Part shown: in pieces, positions 24,014 through 34,499 of the stretch
Layout: each line of letters begins with the position of its first letter
How positions within the stretch are numbered: the first letter of the stretch is position 1
IMG/VR virus record: IMGVR_UViG_3300037466_002980
Location: 160,001 to 224,000 of that record
Strand: one strand, 5' to 3'
Source of the DNA: a virus
Taxonomy: Duplodnaviria > Heunggongvirae > Uroviricota > Caudoviricetes
DNA: 64,000 bases
The notes under the pieces: generated by a model
Databases searched by the model: none
Told to the model about the DNA's origin: nothing
What the model saw: the letters and a program-made list of their open reading frames with translations, nothing else
Made by a program: the position numbers and the translations under genes

Positions 24014-24906
24014 TACTGTTTAGGAACCCACAATCCACCACCGGACGCTGTAGCACCGAATCCAAAATTAACGTAATTGGTCCCCGAATATGAAAATTCA
24101 TCAAGAAGTGTAGCTGATGAAACAGAGGATAATTTAATATCATATGCTGTTCCGGCAAAAACACTATTAAAACTCATTCCGGCAGAATAAAGTGCTATAT
24201 ATTGATTTTCAGAAGCATCTCTATACAAACCACTTCCTGCACCTTGTGGTCCACCAACATTTAATATTGGACCCAAATTGGTTATCGCTGCAGATACAGT
24301 GGTATCGCCCGATGATGTTTGATTTTTAGCTCTCGAGATAAACCAAGATGAAGTGTTGGCCAATGAAAACCACGGAGCCGATTGTCCGGCGGCCTGTGAA
24401 AACATTGCATAGCAAGGATATCCAGAAGGAATGGCAGCATCTCGGGTAGTTTCGATAGTTGAACCTGTAAATCCTCGAAAACTACCAGTGGTGGTCCAAG
24501 AAATCATAATAATATTCTTTGCTGTGGCATAGATATAAAAATAACCACCATTGGTTGCATCCCATGAACCGGATCCTGTGGTACATGCATTGGTTCCAGC
24601 ATGAGTACTTGCATTCCATGTTTCAGCAATAAAGCATAAGAAGGTAGAAATACCGTTTAATTGTATGCCCCAATATTTATATGTAACTCCATCCTGTGCT
24701 AAAGTACGTAGCATCTGCCAATTTGTTCCTGCAGAGGCATCCCAAACTGACCAACCAGCAGCAACCGTTGAAGTAATAGAAGTATTAGACTGAACACAAG
24801 ATGCACTAAGACTGGCAACGTTTGTTGTACCAGTTAAAATAGATATAATATCTGATAACACCTGTGCCTGCGTTGATCCAGCTTTGTAATTATAAACAGC
24901 ATACAT
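24013..24906 (-). CDS. Virion-associated protein, paralog
   Basis: Ser/Thr/Gly-rich; paralog of 25197-26096. Confidence 0.65.
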   Translation of the reverse strand: MYAVYNYKAGSTQAQVLSDIISILTGTTNVASLSASCVQSNTSITSTVAAGWSVWDASAGTNWQMLRTLAQDGVTYKYWGIQLNGISTFLCFIAETWNASTHAGTNACTTGSGSWDATNGGYFYIYATAKNIIMISWTTTGSFRGFTGSTIETTRDAAIPSGYPCYAMFSQAAGQSAPWFSLANTSSWFISRAKNQTSSGDTTVSAAITNLGPILNVGGPQGAGSGLYRDASENQYIALYSAGMSFNSVFAGTAYDIKLSSVSSATLLDEFSYSGTNYVNFGFGATASGGGLWVPKQ

Positions 24907-24921
24907 AATTTAAATCCTTAA

Positions 24922-25200
24922 TTAGAACGATGTTATCGATCCCCAAATAAACTGAGAATTAGATGATACAGTCGTACCTCCCTTAGCTGGACCAAATGTA
25001 CCACCATTAAATCCGCTATTTAATATTGATGTAATGGCAGTTGATTGAATGATAGTTCCACCAAGAGAATCGCCAGCTTGAAATCGTTGACGATATGTAT
25101 TAAATGATATTAATGTACCACTTACTGTCAAATTAATTCCAGTAGATTCTCTGGGTCCTGCCGCGGGTTGAACTGTAGTGGTGTAAACAAGAACTGTCAT
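24922..25200 (-). CDS. Hypothetical virion protein
   Basis: ORF track, operon context. Confidence 0.55.
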   Translation of the reverse strand: MTVLVYTTTVQPAAGPRESTGINLTVSGTLISFNTYRQRFQAGDSLGGTIIQSTAITSILNSGFNGGTFGPAKGGTTVSSNSQFIWGSITSF

Positions 25201-26096
25201 TTCTTAGGTACCCAAAGTCCGGAAGAGGCTGTTGTAACACCATTTCCAAAATTTACATAATTAACACCACTAATTACAATTTCATCTAAAATATTAACTC
25301 CGGAAAGAATAGTAACTGCTTTTAAATCATAACCAGAACCTAACCATGTGCCGTTATACACAGCACCGGTGCTATTCATAGCTACATATTGAGTTTCAGA
25401 CGCATCTCTATAATATCCACCACCTACCGAAGTCGCATTACCTACTGCTGTCACAACTCCATATCCCATAGACGATGCAGTCGAAGATGTAAGAGTATCG
25501 CCGGTTGTTGAAACATTCTTAACTCTTGGAATTTGCATACCAGATGTAGATCCAAGAAGAGATAAATTAATACCAATACCGGTTCCGAGTGTGTCTAAAA
25601 TCCAACATGGATATGTAGATGGTATTGTATCTCTTGTAATTTCAAATAAGGAACCAGTAAGGCCTTTATATCCAGTGGCCGATAACCATGATAAGAATAC
25701 AATATTTTTCGGAGTGGCATAGATATAAAAGAATCCACCATTGGTTGCATCCCAGGCCCCCGTTGATGAAGTACATGTATTGGTTCCGACGTGAGTACTA
25801 CTATTAAAACTTTCATATGCCGTCATTGTGAACGCTGTGGTTGTAGTCATCTGAACGCCCCAATATTTAAACGTGGTAGCGTCTTGATTGAGTACTCTTA
25901 AAACTTGCTGGTTGGTACCGGCAGAAGCATCATATACTGACCAACCAGCTGCTTCTGTTGAAACAATAGAGGAGTTGACTTGAACACAAGATGCACTAAG
26001 TGAAGATACTAACGTAGTTCCTGTAAGGATAGCTACAATATCTGATAACACCTGTGCTTGTGTTGATCCTGCCTTATAATTATAAACAGCATACAT
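25197..26096 (-). CDS. Virion-associated protein, paralog
   Basis: Same MYAVYNYKAGSTQAQVLSDI N-terminus and GLWVPK end. Confidence 0.65.
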   Translation of the reverse strand: MYAVYNYKAGSTQAQVLSDIVAILTGTTLVSSLSASCVQVNSSIVSTEAAGWSVYDASAGTNQQVLRVLNQDATTFKYWGVQMTTTTAFTMTAYESFNSSTHVGTNTCTSSTGAWDATNGGFFYIYATPKNIVFLSWLSATGYKGLTGSLFEITRDTIPSTYPCWILDTLGTGIGINLSLLGSTSGMQIPRVKNVSTTGDTLTSSTASSMGYGVVTAVGNATSVGGGYYRDASETQYVAMNSTGAVYNGTWLGSGYDLKAVTILSGVNILDEIVISGVNYVNFGNGVTTASSGLWVPKK

Positions 26097-26102
26097 GATA
26101 TA

Positions 26103-26291
26103 TTATGTTCCACCTATATTAATTTCAGTTAATCCGTTAATTGTTCCATCAACTTCAATATAACCGTTATTATGAATAATTACATTTCTAAATTCAGTAT
26201 CAAATGTAATATCCATCGATGTTACGCGATTACAAAAATCATGAAAACTTTCACCTTCGTTTTGTTGAATTTTATATGCTCTAATTGTCAT
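26103..26291 (-). CDS. Hypothetical protein
   Basis: SD AAGGA, operon context. Confidence 0.55.
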   Translation of the reverse strand: MTIRAYKIQQNEGESFHDFCNRVTSMDITFDTEFRNVIIHNNGYIEVDGTINGLTEINIGGT

Positions 26292-26301
26292 GATATATTC
26301 C

Positions 26302-26643
26302 TTAAATCATTATTTCTACACTAAATCCAGCATTATTGGTACTTGACCCCGATATTCCTGCTGTAAAATAATCCGTTGATACAACAGATAATGATAAGCC
26401 GGTTGTCGATCCGGTAGATTGTCCCGCTAATATGGTAACTGTAGTAAATGAAACTCCATTTTTATATAAGGTAATTGTTGTATTCACAGAGACCGCACCG
26501 GCAGCCCATGCATAGATAGCACTAAGAAGACCTGTTGCATTTGGATAAATCGGCAATCCGGTATTAACTGTTCCAGAAACTCCAGGGAATACACCAAGAA
26601 ATGTTACCTTTCTGTTTACATTATATGTCATACAATACTCCAA
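26302..26643 (-). CDS. Hypothetical virion protein
   Basis: Beta-rich, operon context. Confidence 0.55.
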   Translation of the reverse strand: MEYCMTYNVNRKVTFLGVFPGVSGTVNTGLPIYPNATGLLSAIYAWAAGAVSVNTTITLYKNGVSFTTVTILAGQSTGSTTGLSLSVVSTDYFTAGISGSSTNNAGFSVEIMI

Positions 26644-27881
26644 TAACCTAATTGGTTACTATATACAAATGAATAGGATGGTCTTGATGTTGAAGAAGTA
26701 ACAACAGTAGAAGAACCATCGATTGTCTTACCATTGCCATCGATTGTCATTGTGTTTGCATCGGTTGTTATTTTTTTAATTGTATGAAATTCTCCATCCA
26801 CCGGAGAAGCTGGAAATCTAACTGTTGTATTTCCACCGCTTGTATCAACTGAATAGAAAGCACTTGTTGAAGATATAGTTGTTCCGCCGACACTATATGT
26901 TATAGCAGTTCCTACTGATATAGGAGTTCCACTCGTTGTTGCAATTGTTACATTTTTGGTGGTATTATCGGTTGTAATAGTAACATTGTTTCCTGCTACC
27001 AACGTTAATGTTTGAGTAGTAGAAGCTGCCGTTACTGTTGTTTGGCCAGATACAGCTATTGATGAAAAGAGATTTTGATCACCGGTATTTGTACCCGATA
27101 GGTTCGAACCGGTAACTGTTCCGGTTGCTGCCACCGAAGTAGGTGTAATATTTCCCAATGTTAATGTTATTGCTGGCGTAGTTGTTGGGTTTGATACTGT
27201 TCCCGAAACACCATTAGCTGTAGTAACAGAAACACTAGTAACCGTTCCTCCTCCACCATTTGATGCACTTGTGATCCTACCTTTTGAATCAATTGTGATA
27301 TTCGCATTTGTATAGGATCCAGCAACTACAGCAGTATTCGCTAAGGTTGTTACAAAACTTCCCGTACCTGTGCCCGTTACATCACCAGTTAAAGTAATAG
27401 TTTGATCACCAGTATTTGTACCAGATAGATTTGAACCAGTAACTGTTCCGGTGGCAGCAACAGAGGTTGGTGTTATATTGCCAAGGGTTAATGTTATTGC
27501 TGGCGTGGTTGTTGGGTTAGCTACTGATCCTGAAACTCCATTTGCAGTGGTAACAGAAACATTAGTTACTGTTCCTCCACTACCTATACCGCTTGACGCA
27601 CTTGTAATTCTGCCTTTTGAATCAATTGTGATATTTGCAGATGTGTAAACACCGGGTGTAACACTCGTATCAGATAATGTCGCTGCAAAACTTCCTGTTC
27701 CGGATCCAGTAACATCACCGGTTAAAGTAATAGTCTGATCTCCGGTATTTGTTCCAGTCAAATTCGAACCGCTAACTGTTCCAGTTGCGGTTATTGTTCC
27801 ACGTACATCGAGCGAAACGTCTGTTCCATCTTGCCTGGATATTTCGACTATGCCGTCTTGCGAGGATACCTTATATGACAT
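26628..27881 (-). CDS. Repetitive fibre-like virion protein
   Basis: Tandem NTGDQTITLTGDVTG...ITIDSKGRITSAS repeats. Confidence 0.75.
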   Translation of the reverse strand: MSYKVSSQDGIVEISRQDGTDVSLDVRGTITATGTVSGSNLTGTNTGDQTITLTGDVTGSGTGSFAATLSDTSVTPGVYTSANITIDSKGRITSASSGIGSGGTVTNVSVTTANGVSGSVANPTTTPAITLTLGNITPTSVAATGTVTGSNLSGTNTGDQTITLTGDVTGTGTGSFVTTLANTAVVAGSYTNANITIDSKGRITSASNGGGGTVTSVSVTTANGVSGTVSNPTTTPAITLTLGNITPTSVAATGTVTGSNLSGTNTGDQNLFSSIAVSGQTTVTAASTTQTLTLVAGNNVTITTDNTTKNVTIATTSGTPISVGTAITYSVGGTTISSTSAFYSVDTSGGNTTVRFPASPVDGEFHTIKKITTDANTMTIDGNGKTIDGSSTVVTSSTSRPSYSFVYSNQLGYWSIV

Positions 27882-27920
27882 AATTTTGTTTTATTTTATA
27901 TTTATATAGAAAATCCATTA

Positions 27921-29729
27921 TTAAATAGTTGTACTAAACAATCCACCTGTACCAGTGACACCACCTGTTCCAAGAGTTGTGCCGTTCTCTAGCAAGAAGG
28001 ATAGTTCACGAACATTATATGCTGATCCGGTAATAGTTCCCGAACTTAGCGACATATAATTTTCAACAAAACTATTTCCTTCTACATAGAAAATATAATT
28101 CCCACCACTACAAGTACATGGTTGGGAAAATGTTATACCACCCTGCATACGAACATGTGACTGTCCATAAACCGCTACCAATCCGTCGATTGTTGAGATG
28201 TTAATAGTTGGACTAAACACATCCAACATAGCGTTGTTTAAAACAGAAAAAACGGTAGCACCAGTGCCTGTAAAGGTACACCCAGTTGTTTTAAGGTAGA
28301 CTCCGGGGCCGTCAGCTAAGATTATGTTTCCGCCGGTATTATTAAGTGTAATGCCTTGAATAGATGTAGGAGTGCTACCAGCGTATGAGCTAAACTGACC
28401 ATTGATGATTGTTGATAGCGTTCCGGTAATGATAAGTTCTGAATTAGCACTTGCTCCTACAGCAACTGGAACGGTTACGCTTTCGTTGTAAGTTCCGTTT
28501 CCGATACTGACAGTAACTCCCCATCCGTTGAAGTCAAGTCTTGAAACTATTAACATCGCGTGTGAGATTGTTAAGAATGCACCAGCAGAACTATTTGTCA
28601 GACCATTATTTGAATCAGAACCATCGGTGCGCACGTAATATGTTCTGGCAGCGGTTAATATTTCTCTGCCACCGGTTGCTCCGTTGAAACTCGAAGATGC
28701 ATCAAGTGTTCCTGTTATCGTACCTGGCATTGTAACAGGTGAATAGAGAGAAGAGCCACGAATGAGAGTATATGCTGTACCTGTTGGTGATCCCGAGGTT
28801 GTCACGTTGAAGCTGACCATCGAAAGGTCACTAGCTTCGATCAAGGCTACACTGAAGTTGTTCGTTCCCGAGAACACAATGTTACCTGTGATTTCGGCTC
28901 TAGAAGCATTAGAAAGCTCCAACCACGAGTGAGGAGTGCTAAATGCATTGCTTTGAATCGTTATGTTCGAGATAACACCCAGTGATCCGTCAAACAGTTG
29001 AACGGCAGTACCATTAGTAGGAAGATTGAAAATAACAGAATCGCACTCAAAGATTGATCCATCGTACGCTGCGATTGCAACACTCGAAGCATTAATTTGT
29101 AAGTTGTAAATCGCCCAAACGTTTGAGAAATATAAGTTGAATCCACCATTAATAACAACGTTCGACGGAGTGACATTGTTACCTTGAATTGAAACATTAA
29201 ACCAATCTTGACCTGTACAGAGTACCTGATTTAATTCGTTGGTTTCGGTATATGTTCCATCGGCGAGTTGGATGGTAACTGTAGCAAGAGATCCAATTGT
29301 TAATGTGTAAACAGTGGTAATTGCTTTATTAATTGTTGCAAAAGGCGTTGCAGGAGATAAACCATTATTGGAATCACTTCCACTTGGGTCGACATAATAG
29401 GTAACGTTAGTTTCAAGTTGTCCTCCGCCTCCGGTTCCGTTTGCTGCACTTGTAATTCGTCCTTTAGCATCAACTGTGATGTTAGCTGAAGTATATGAGC
29501 CTGCAGTAACTCCACTCGATGAAAGTATTGTTGCGAAACTTCCTGTACCTGACCCGGTTACATCACCGGTTAATGTAATAGTCTGATCTCCAGTGTTGGT
29601 GCCAGTTAAATTGGAACCAACAATTGTGCCAGTTGCATTAATAGATCCTTCAACATCAACTAAAATACCTGTTCCATCAGATTTTGCAAATATTAAAGAT
29701 CCGTCTTGAACTACAATTTTATGCGCCAT
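27921..29729 (-). CDS. Fibre/spike-like protein with two beta-helix-like domains
   Basis: Same N-terminal repeat; two YYV...GSDSNNGL...F.TI..A modules. Confidence 0.7.
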   Translation of the reverse strand: MAHKIVVQDGSLIFAKSDGTGILVDVEGSINATGTIVGSNLTGTNTGDQTITLTGDVTGSGTGSFATILSSSGVTAGSYTSANITVDAKGRITSAANGTGGGGQLETNVTYYVDPSGSDSNNGLSPATPFATINKAITTVYTLTIGSLATVTIQLADGTYTETNELNQVLCTGQDWFNVSIQGNNVTPSNVVINGGFNLYFSNVWAIYNLQINASSVAIAAYDGSIFECDSVIFNLPTNGTAVQLFDGSLGVISNITIQSNAFSTPHSWLELSNASRAEITGNIVFSGTNNFSVALIEASDLSMVSFNVTTSGSPTGTAYTLIRGSSLYSPVTMPGTITGTLDASSSFNGATGGREILTAARTYYVRTDGSDSNNGLTNSSAGAFLTISHAMLIVSRLDFNGWGVTVSIGNGTYNESVTVPVAVGASANSELIITGTLSTIINGQFSSYAGSTPTSIQGITLNNTGGNIILADGPGVYLKTTGCTFTGTGATVFSVLNNAMLDVFSPTINISTIDGLVAVYGQSHVRMQGGITFSQPCTCSGGNYIFYVEGNSFVENYMSLSSGTITGSAYNVRELSFLLENGTTLGTGGVTGTGGLFSTTI

Positions 29730-29798
29730 ACCTTTCCTATCAATTTCTTATATTTATCAAGAAATTGTCATTAAAAACAAATTGGAAAGTTTTTCAAT

Positions 29799-29823
29799 AA
29801 AAAAGGCCCGAATAAATCGGGCC
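29799..29823 (-). terminator. Terminator after major capsid gene
   Basis: GGCCCGA-TTTAT-TCGGGCC-TTTTTT. Confidence 0.85.
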
Positions 29824-29852
29824 CCAAACCTACTAAAAGTTCTAACTAAGGA

Positions 29853-31025
29853 TTAATAGAACTTCAATGTTGCGCTATTGATACCAACTTTCGAAAGGTA
29901 GTCAGCTGCGTTACCGAACGAGTTAGCGGTATTGGTAAGTTCCAAGTATCCGTAACGTGTCATAAATGAAACAACTGGTTCGAAAGTCTGTGGATCCATA
30001 ACAGGACCAACGCTCATTAATGGAATGTATGGGCAGTAGTAAGCTGCTGCGTCTGTTTCTGTTGGTCCTTTGTAACCAATAAGGACTGGATCTCCATCGC
30101 TTGCGTATTGGTTAACGTAAACACGCATGGTGCTATTGAGTGTACCGACAAATTTTGTATTTGTTGGTGCTTCAAATGTACCTTCTGTGGTACGAGCAAA
30201 ACTCGATGTTGTAGCAGACTGAAGAATTGTTAATGCTGTTGGCGAAACAACTGCCCAGTTAGCTGCACCACGACGTGTACGTGCTGCGATAAGGTTAGCT
30301 TGTTGGTTGATCATAACTGCAAGAGCGGCCATTTCATCACCAACGTATGTTGCTGTACCAGAAACAGCGGCTTGGTCAAATGTTGTTGGAGCAACAGGGA
30401 CTAAACTACCGAGCTTGAAAAGCATTTCCTGGTCAATTTCAACTGTAATTTCTTGTGCAAGTGCTTGCATAATTTCTGCTTCGATGTCAATACCATGAAT
30501 AGCGTTAGCATCTTGTGCAGCTTCGAAAGTCCAACGTGCCGATAGCTTACGTGTTTTAGCTTCGACAGTTTCCTTTAGAATCTGAATGCTTAACTTGTTA
30601 CCTGGTACGCCTTCTAATCTAGCTGTGCTTGCGGCAGCTGGATCAGCAGCATTTTCGTTACCCGAATATGCTTTAGCAATATCAAATGGACTCAATGCTT
30701 CAGTACCTGCTGTAATTCCAGCGGCAGTATTAGCATAACGAACACGCAATGTATGGATCTGTCCAACAGGTCCTGTCATTGGCTGAACACCCATGATTTC
30801 ATTTGCAATGACGGTTGGCATAACACGTCGAATTAGCGGTAACATAACTTTGTTAAGTACAGCGATATTACCTGCTTGTGTAGCTCCTGCGGTAGCCGAT
30901 TCAGCTAAGTATTTACGAGTGTTTTCAAACACTACGTCCATGCTTTGACGGCGGGTTCCCGAAAGGCCTTCTAGAAGGGCTTCTTTAGTAGCGGCCCAGT
31001 TTGATTCAAATAGCTTAGTTGCCAT
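29853..31025 (-). CDS. Major capsid protein (T4 gp23-like)
   Basis: GVQPMTGP.GQI, AKTRKLSARWT.E.AQD, YCPYIPL, TRYG. Confidence 0.95.
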   Translation of the reverse strand: MATKLFESNWAATKEALLEGLSGTRRQSMDVVFENTRKYLAESATAGATQAGNIAVLNKVMLPLIRRVMPTVIANEIMGVQPMTGPVGQIHTLRVRYANTAAGITAGTEALSPFDIAKAYSGNENAADPAAASTARLEGVPGNKLSIQILKETVEAKTRKLSARWTFEAAQDANAIHGIDIEAEIMQALAQEITVEIDQEMLFKLGSLVPVAPTTFDQAAVSGTATYVGDEMAALAVMINQQANLIAARTRRGAANWAVVSPTALTILQSATTSSFARTTEGTFEAPTNTKFVGTLNSTMRVYVNQYASDGDPVLIGYKGPTETDAAAYYCPYIPLMSVGPVMDPQTFEPVVSFMTRYGYLELTNTANSFGNAADYLSKVGINSATLKFY

Positions 31026-31041
31026 TATTAATTCTCCTAAA

Positions 31042-32160
31042 TTACTTTCTAATTCCGGCTAAGGATAAAATTTTCTGAAGATCAACGACTTCTTCCTGAT
31101 CTTCGCTTCGAGTGTTATCCACTCTATTACCTGTTCTTTCAGACAATGTTGCTTCGTTCAACTGTGGTTTTTGTGTCACAGGTTTACGTTCGATTGCTTC
31201 ATTAAGAACGCTTGGTAGATACTTGTTATATGCTACCTGTAAATTCTTTGTCTGAACTGATTCAAGCAATTCTTTCATCACTGCCTTCTTGTCTTTAGAC
31301 AATGGGGCGAGTAATTCGTTCATGGCTTTTTCTCTTTCTACGAGGTCCTGTGTAACCTTAAGTTTAGTATCAAGACTTTCCATTACGCTTCTTGACTTCT
31401 TAACTGATTCGTTAAGATTTTTCAATTCAGCTTCTTTCTGTTCTAATACTTTCTGAAGTTTTCTAATTTCAGTACCTTCGTTTAAATACGAAGCCATAAA
31501 TTCACCAGCGTAAGCTTCAAACATCTTACGACCGAATTCGTTTTCACGGGCAATACGAATATCATCCTTGAATTGTCCAATTTCAGTACGTAATGCTTTT
31601 TCGATGTTGGCTTCAACAATCTGAGCTGCACGCTTGATAAATTGTGTCTTTGTTTCTTGTAGTTTCTGTTTACCTTCAGTAACCATCTTGACTTTCTGTT
31701 CTGCGAGAGATTTCTTGTCTTCGCGGAAATCACGAATTTCTTCAGCAAGTTGTTTCAAAAGGAAGTTTTCAAGTTTCTTAAAATTTTCCTTCATTAACTT
31801 CTTTTCGCCATGAAATTCTTTCATTTCCTTTGCGACGGCTTCTGTGATGAACTTGTTTAACATTCCTGTGTGTTCAAGTAGCCTATTCTTATAAGCAACT
31901 TTTTCTTCGACAAGTTTCCTCTTGTCTTCGGCGAATTCTTCGAGTTCGACGCGAACTTTATCTGTTAAGAAACGATCCATGGACTGGACGAGAACTCCCT
32001 TGTCATGTTCAAACTTACGAGCAAATTCTTCACGAAGTGTTGCTGCAACTTCTTCACGTGCTTCGGCAATTCTTTCTTCCCAGAGTCCAACAATCTGATT
32101 CTTTACATCTTCAGAAAGTCCGACGCTTTCGCTCAAGATCTCATCAATTTTCTTTGCCAT
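31042..32160 (-). CDS. Prohead scaffold protein (gp22-like)
   Basis: Coiled coil between protease and capsid genes. Confidence 0.8.
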   Translation of the reverse strand: MAKKIDEILSESVGLSEDVKNQIVGLWEERIAEAREEVAATLREEFARKFEHDKGVLVQSMDRFLTDKVRVELEEFAEDKRKLVEEKVAYKNRLLEHTGMLNKFITEAVAKEMKEFHGEKKLMKENFKKLENFLLKQLAEEIRDFREDKKSLAEQKVKMVTEGKQKLQETKTQFIKRAAQIVEANIEKALRTEIGQFKDDIRIARENEFGRKMFEAYAGEFMASYLNEGTEIRKLQKVLEQKEAELKNLNESVKKSRSVMESLDTKLKVTQDLVEREKAMNELLAPLSKDKKAVMKELLESVQTKNLQVAYNKYLPSVLNEAIERKPVTQKPQLNEATLSERTGNRVDNTRSEDQEEVVDLQKILSLAGIRK

Positions 32161-32171
32161 CTTGAGTTCTC

Positions 32172-32810
32172 CTAATATTTTAACTCTTGAATAAATCGTT
32201 GAATGTCTTTCGCAAGCTGTTTCTGTGCTGCGGCTTCGTATAATGCATCTTTGGCTGTAGACATTAAACTTGCACCGCCTTTCATGTTGTAAAGACTTTC
32301 ATAAATTGTTCTTGGATATGCGTTCGGTGCACTCGGTTGAGCGACTATATCGACTGTTACAATTTCAAAATCAGAAACTGCACCATCATCGTTAACATTT
32401 CCAGAACCACGGGATGAAACACCCAACTTTGCGCCCGATTCCAATAGCGTCTTTACGATATTGCCCATCGGAGTTGAGACAATTTTCAACTTACCGTATC
32501 CGTCAGTGCCATCCATCCACATTTCAGTGATAAGGTGGCTCACACGATCTAAATTAATCGAAAGTTCTTCTGGATGATCCAGTTCTCCCATAACTGATTG
32601 ACCGTGTGTAATCTTTTCTGTAATAGAATTAACAGCCCTAGCAATTTCTCTTGCCGGATAAACACGCTGATTTTGGTTACGAACGTCTCCTTGTATAAAG
32701 ATTCCCTTCATACAAAGATCTTTTCCACCGCGAGCGTTGGTTTCCTCAAGTAATGTTACGTGTGCCTTATCAAAAGATAGATACTCGTAAAGTTTATTTG
32801 CCATAGACAT
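32172..32810 (-). CDS. Prohead protease (gp21-like)
   Basis: N.N.RVYP, GELDHP, GVSSRGSG, D.V..PSAP.A. Confidence 0.93.
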   Translation of the reverse strand: MSMANKLYEYLSFDKAHVTLLEETNARGGKDLCMKGIFIQGDVRNQNQRVYPAREIARAVNSITEKITHGQSVMGELDHPEELSINLDRVSHLITEMWMDGTDGYGKLKIVSTPMGNIVKTLLESGAKLGVSSRGSGNVNDDGAVSDFEIVTVDIVAQPSAPNAYPRTIYESLYNMKGGASLMSTAKDALYEAAAQKQLAKDIQRFIQELKY

Positions 32811-32821
32811 CTATTTTCCTA

Positions 32822-33853
32822 TTATTCGTGCCTTGCGCCAGGCTTGCTTGGTGCTTTAGATAAAGGACTCTTTACATCTGTCTTACCAGAGTGACTTCCT
32901 TTTCCTGTACCAACAAACTTACCTTCTGCCTTATCAGCATGGCTTCCTGTTTTCTTTAATGGAACATCAACGTTATCTGATGGAGTATCATCGGACGCAC
33001 AATCGCCTGTCCATTTTCCATATTCGCCGCCAGTAGACTTGCTACCTAAAATGTTATCAGTCTTTCCACCGTAACTTGGCTTTGAAGGAGCTTTTGAAAA
33101 TACAGACTTACCTTGTTCGGCACCCTTTGGGGTATCTTTACCTGTACCAGCAAAACCAGGATTTGCACTCTTCTGTCCTGTATCGCCGACTTTCTTCATA
33201 AATTGTGTTTCTTCGTCGACTTTCTTATCTTTCTTTAAATCTTTAGCTTCTGGTGCTTTCTTGATCTTACCATCTTTCTTCTTTTCAAACATGGTAGCAA
33301 CTACTTCACCAACGACTTTTTCTTCTCCGCCGAAATCAGGCATTCCTTCATCGCCGCCCATATCCATTTCAGGTTCCTCTTCGGCGCCAAATTCGCCAGC
33401 AAGATCTGCATGTTCTGGCTCTTGCATTTCTTCGCCCATTAAAGCGTCAAATTCTGCACGAAGTTCAGCAAGCTGTGATTCGAGATCTTCAACTCTGTCT
33501 TCGACATCGCCTTCGCCCATTTCTTCTTCGCCTTCTTCGCTTCCCATTTCGTCAGAAGGTTCGTCATCCTCTTCGGATGCTTCACCATCGTTTTGTTCAT
33601 CTGTATCAATTTCGTCCTTGTCAGACGCAATTTCATCTGTAAAATTCTTATTAGGTTCACCACCAACATCGTCTTCAGATTCTTCAATCTCTTCATTACC
33701 TTCTTCGACATCCATGTCTTCTTCTTCGACAATGCTTTCGTAGATGGTACGAGCCTTTTCAACAATGATTTGATGGAGAAGTTCAGCTGCCTGGTCAGAT
33801 TCTTCGTTAAGAAGAAGATCTAACACTTGTTCTAACTTCATTTGTTGTGACAT
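32822..33853 (-). CDS. Acidic prohead core/scaffold-like protein
   Basis: Asp/Glu-rich, in head module. Confidence 0.65.
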   Translation of the reverse strand: MSQQMKLEQVLDLLLNEESDQAAELLHQIIVEKARTIYESIVEEEDMDVEEGNEEIEESEDDVGGEPNKNFTDEIASDKDEIDTDEQNDGEASEEDDEPSDEMGSEEGEEEMGEGDVEDRVEDLESQLAELRAEFDALMGEEMQEPEHADLAGEFGAEEEPEMDMGGDEGMPDFGGEEKVVGEVVATMFEKKKDGKIKKAPEAKDLKKDKKVDEETQFMKKVGDTGQKSANPGFAGTGKDTPKGAEQGKSVFSKAPSKPSYGGKTDNILGSKSTGGEYGKWTGDCASDDTPSDNVDVPLKKTGSHADKAEGKFVGTGKGSHSGKTDVKSPLSKAPSKPGARHE

Positions 33854-34023
33854 GCCCTATCTCCTTAGTTGTTAGGTTTTCAAAATTACCAATTAAAGGT
33901 ATTCATGATATTTAACTAGAAGTCAGGGAATATAGACGAAAATGGCCGAAAAAGAGGCCATTTTGATGATTTTGTCGATTGACAAGAAATATTTAGTTCA
34001 GGTATCTAAAGAATAAAAATATG

Positions 34024-34242
34024 TTATAAAGTTGGCTGTTGAGGTTCAGCAGATTGTCCATACATATCTGGTAAGAACTCTAGATGCTGTGCTTTATCAT
34101 ATTTTTCAGCATCTCTAGCCTTTCTTAGTTTTTGAAGGTGCATGAAGGTAAGGCGTGGACGACGTGTATCATCCATTTTAGCCTTTCCTAATTCATCATC
34201 AGCTGGATCATAAAATTCAACTAAAAGATTTTTTGCCCTCAT
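34024..34242 (-). CDS. Small head-module protein
   Basis: DTRRPRLT..L.KLR...MYG; late promoter upstream. Confidence 0.7.
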   Translation of the reverse strand: MRAKNLLVEFYDPADDELGKAKMDDTRRPRLTFMHLQKLRKARDAEKYDKAQHLEFLPDMYGQSAEPQQPTL

Positions 34243-34272
34243 AATATCCTTTTTCCCGAATTATTATTTATC

Positions 34273-34488
34273 TTATAATGCTGGATAGACATCAACAGCT
34301 TGAGTTACTGATCCCGAATGTCCCATTTGATTACTACGTTTCATAATATCTTTCATTTTACGCGCTGAATCAGATTTATTCTCGGGATCATCTTTTGCCT
34401 GCCCCCAGGGTTTAATTCTTTTCTGAACTTCAAAACGGAAATCGTCGTCCTCGTCTTTAACACCTTCCATAATTTCTGAAATTTTCAT
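34273..34488 (-). CDS. Small protein with MKISEIME N-terminus
   Basis: SD AAGGA. Confidence 0.6.
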   Translation of the reverse strand: MKISEIMEGVKDEDDDFRFEVQKRIKPWGQAKDDPENKSDSARKMKDIMKRSNQMGHSGSVTQAVDVYPAL

Positions 34489-34499
34489 TTTATCGATCC

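Noticed and set aside
33261-33823. Ser-rich antisense and alternate-frame ORFs
   Set aside because: Mirror of the acidic low-complexity head gene
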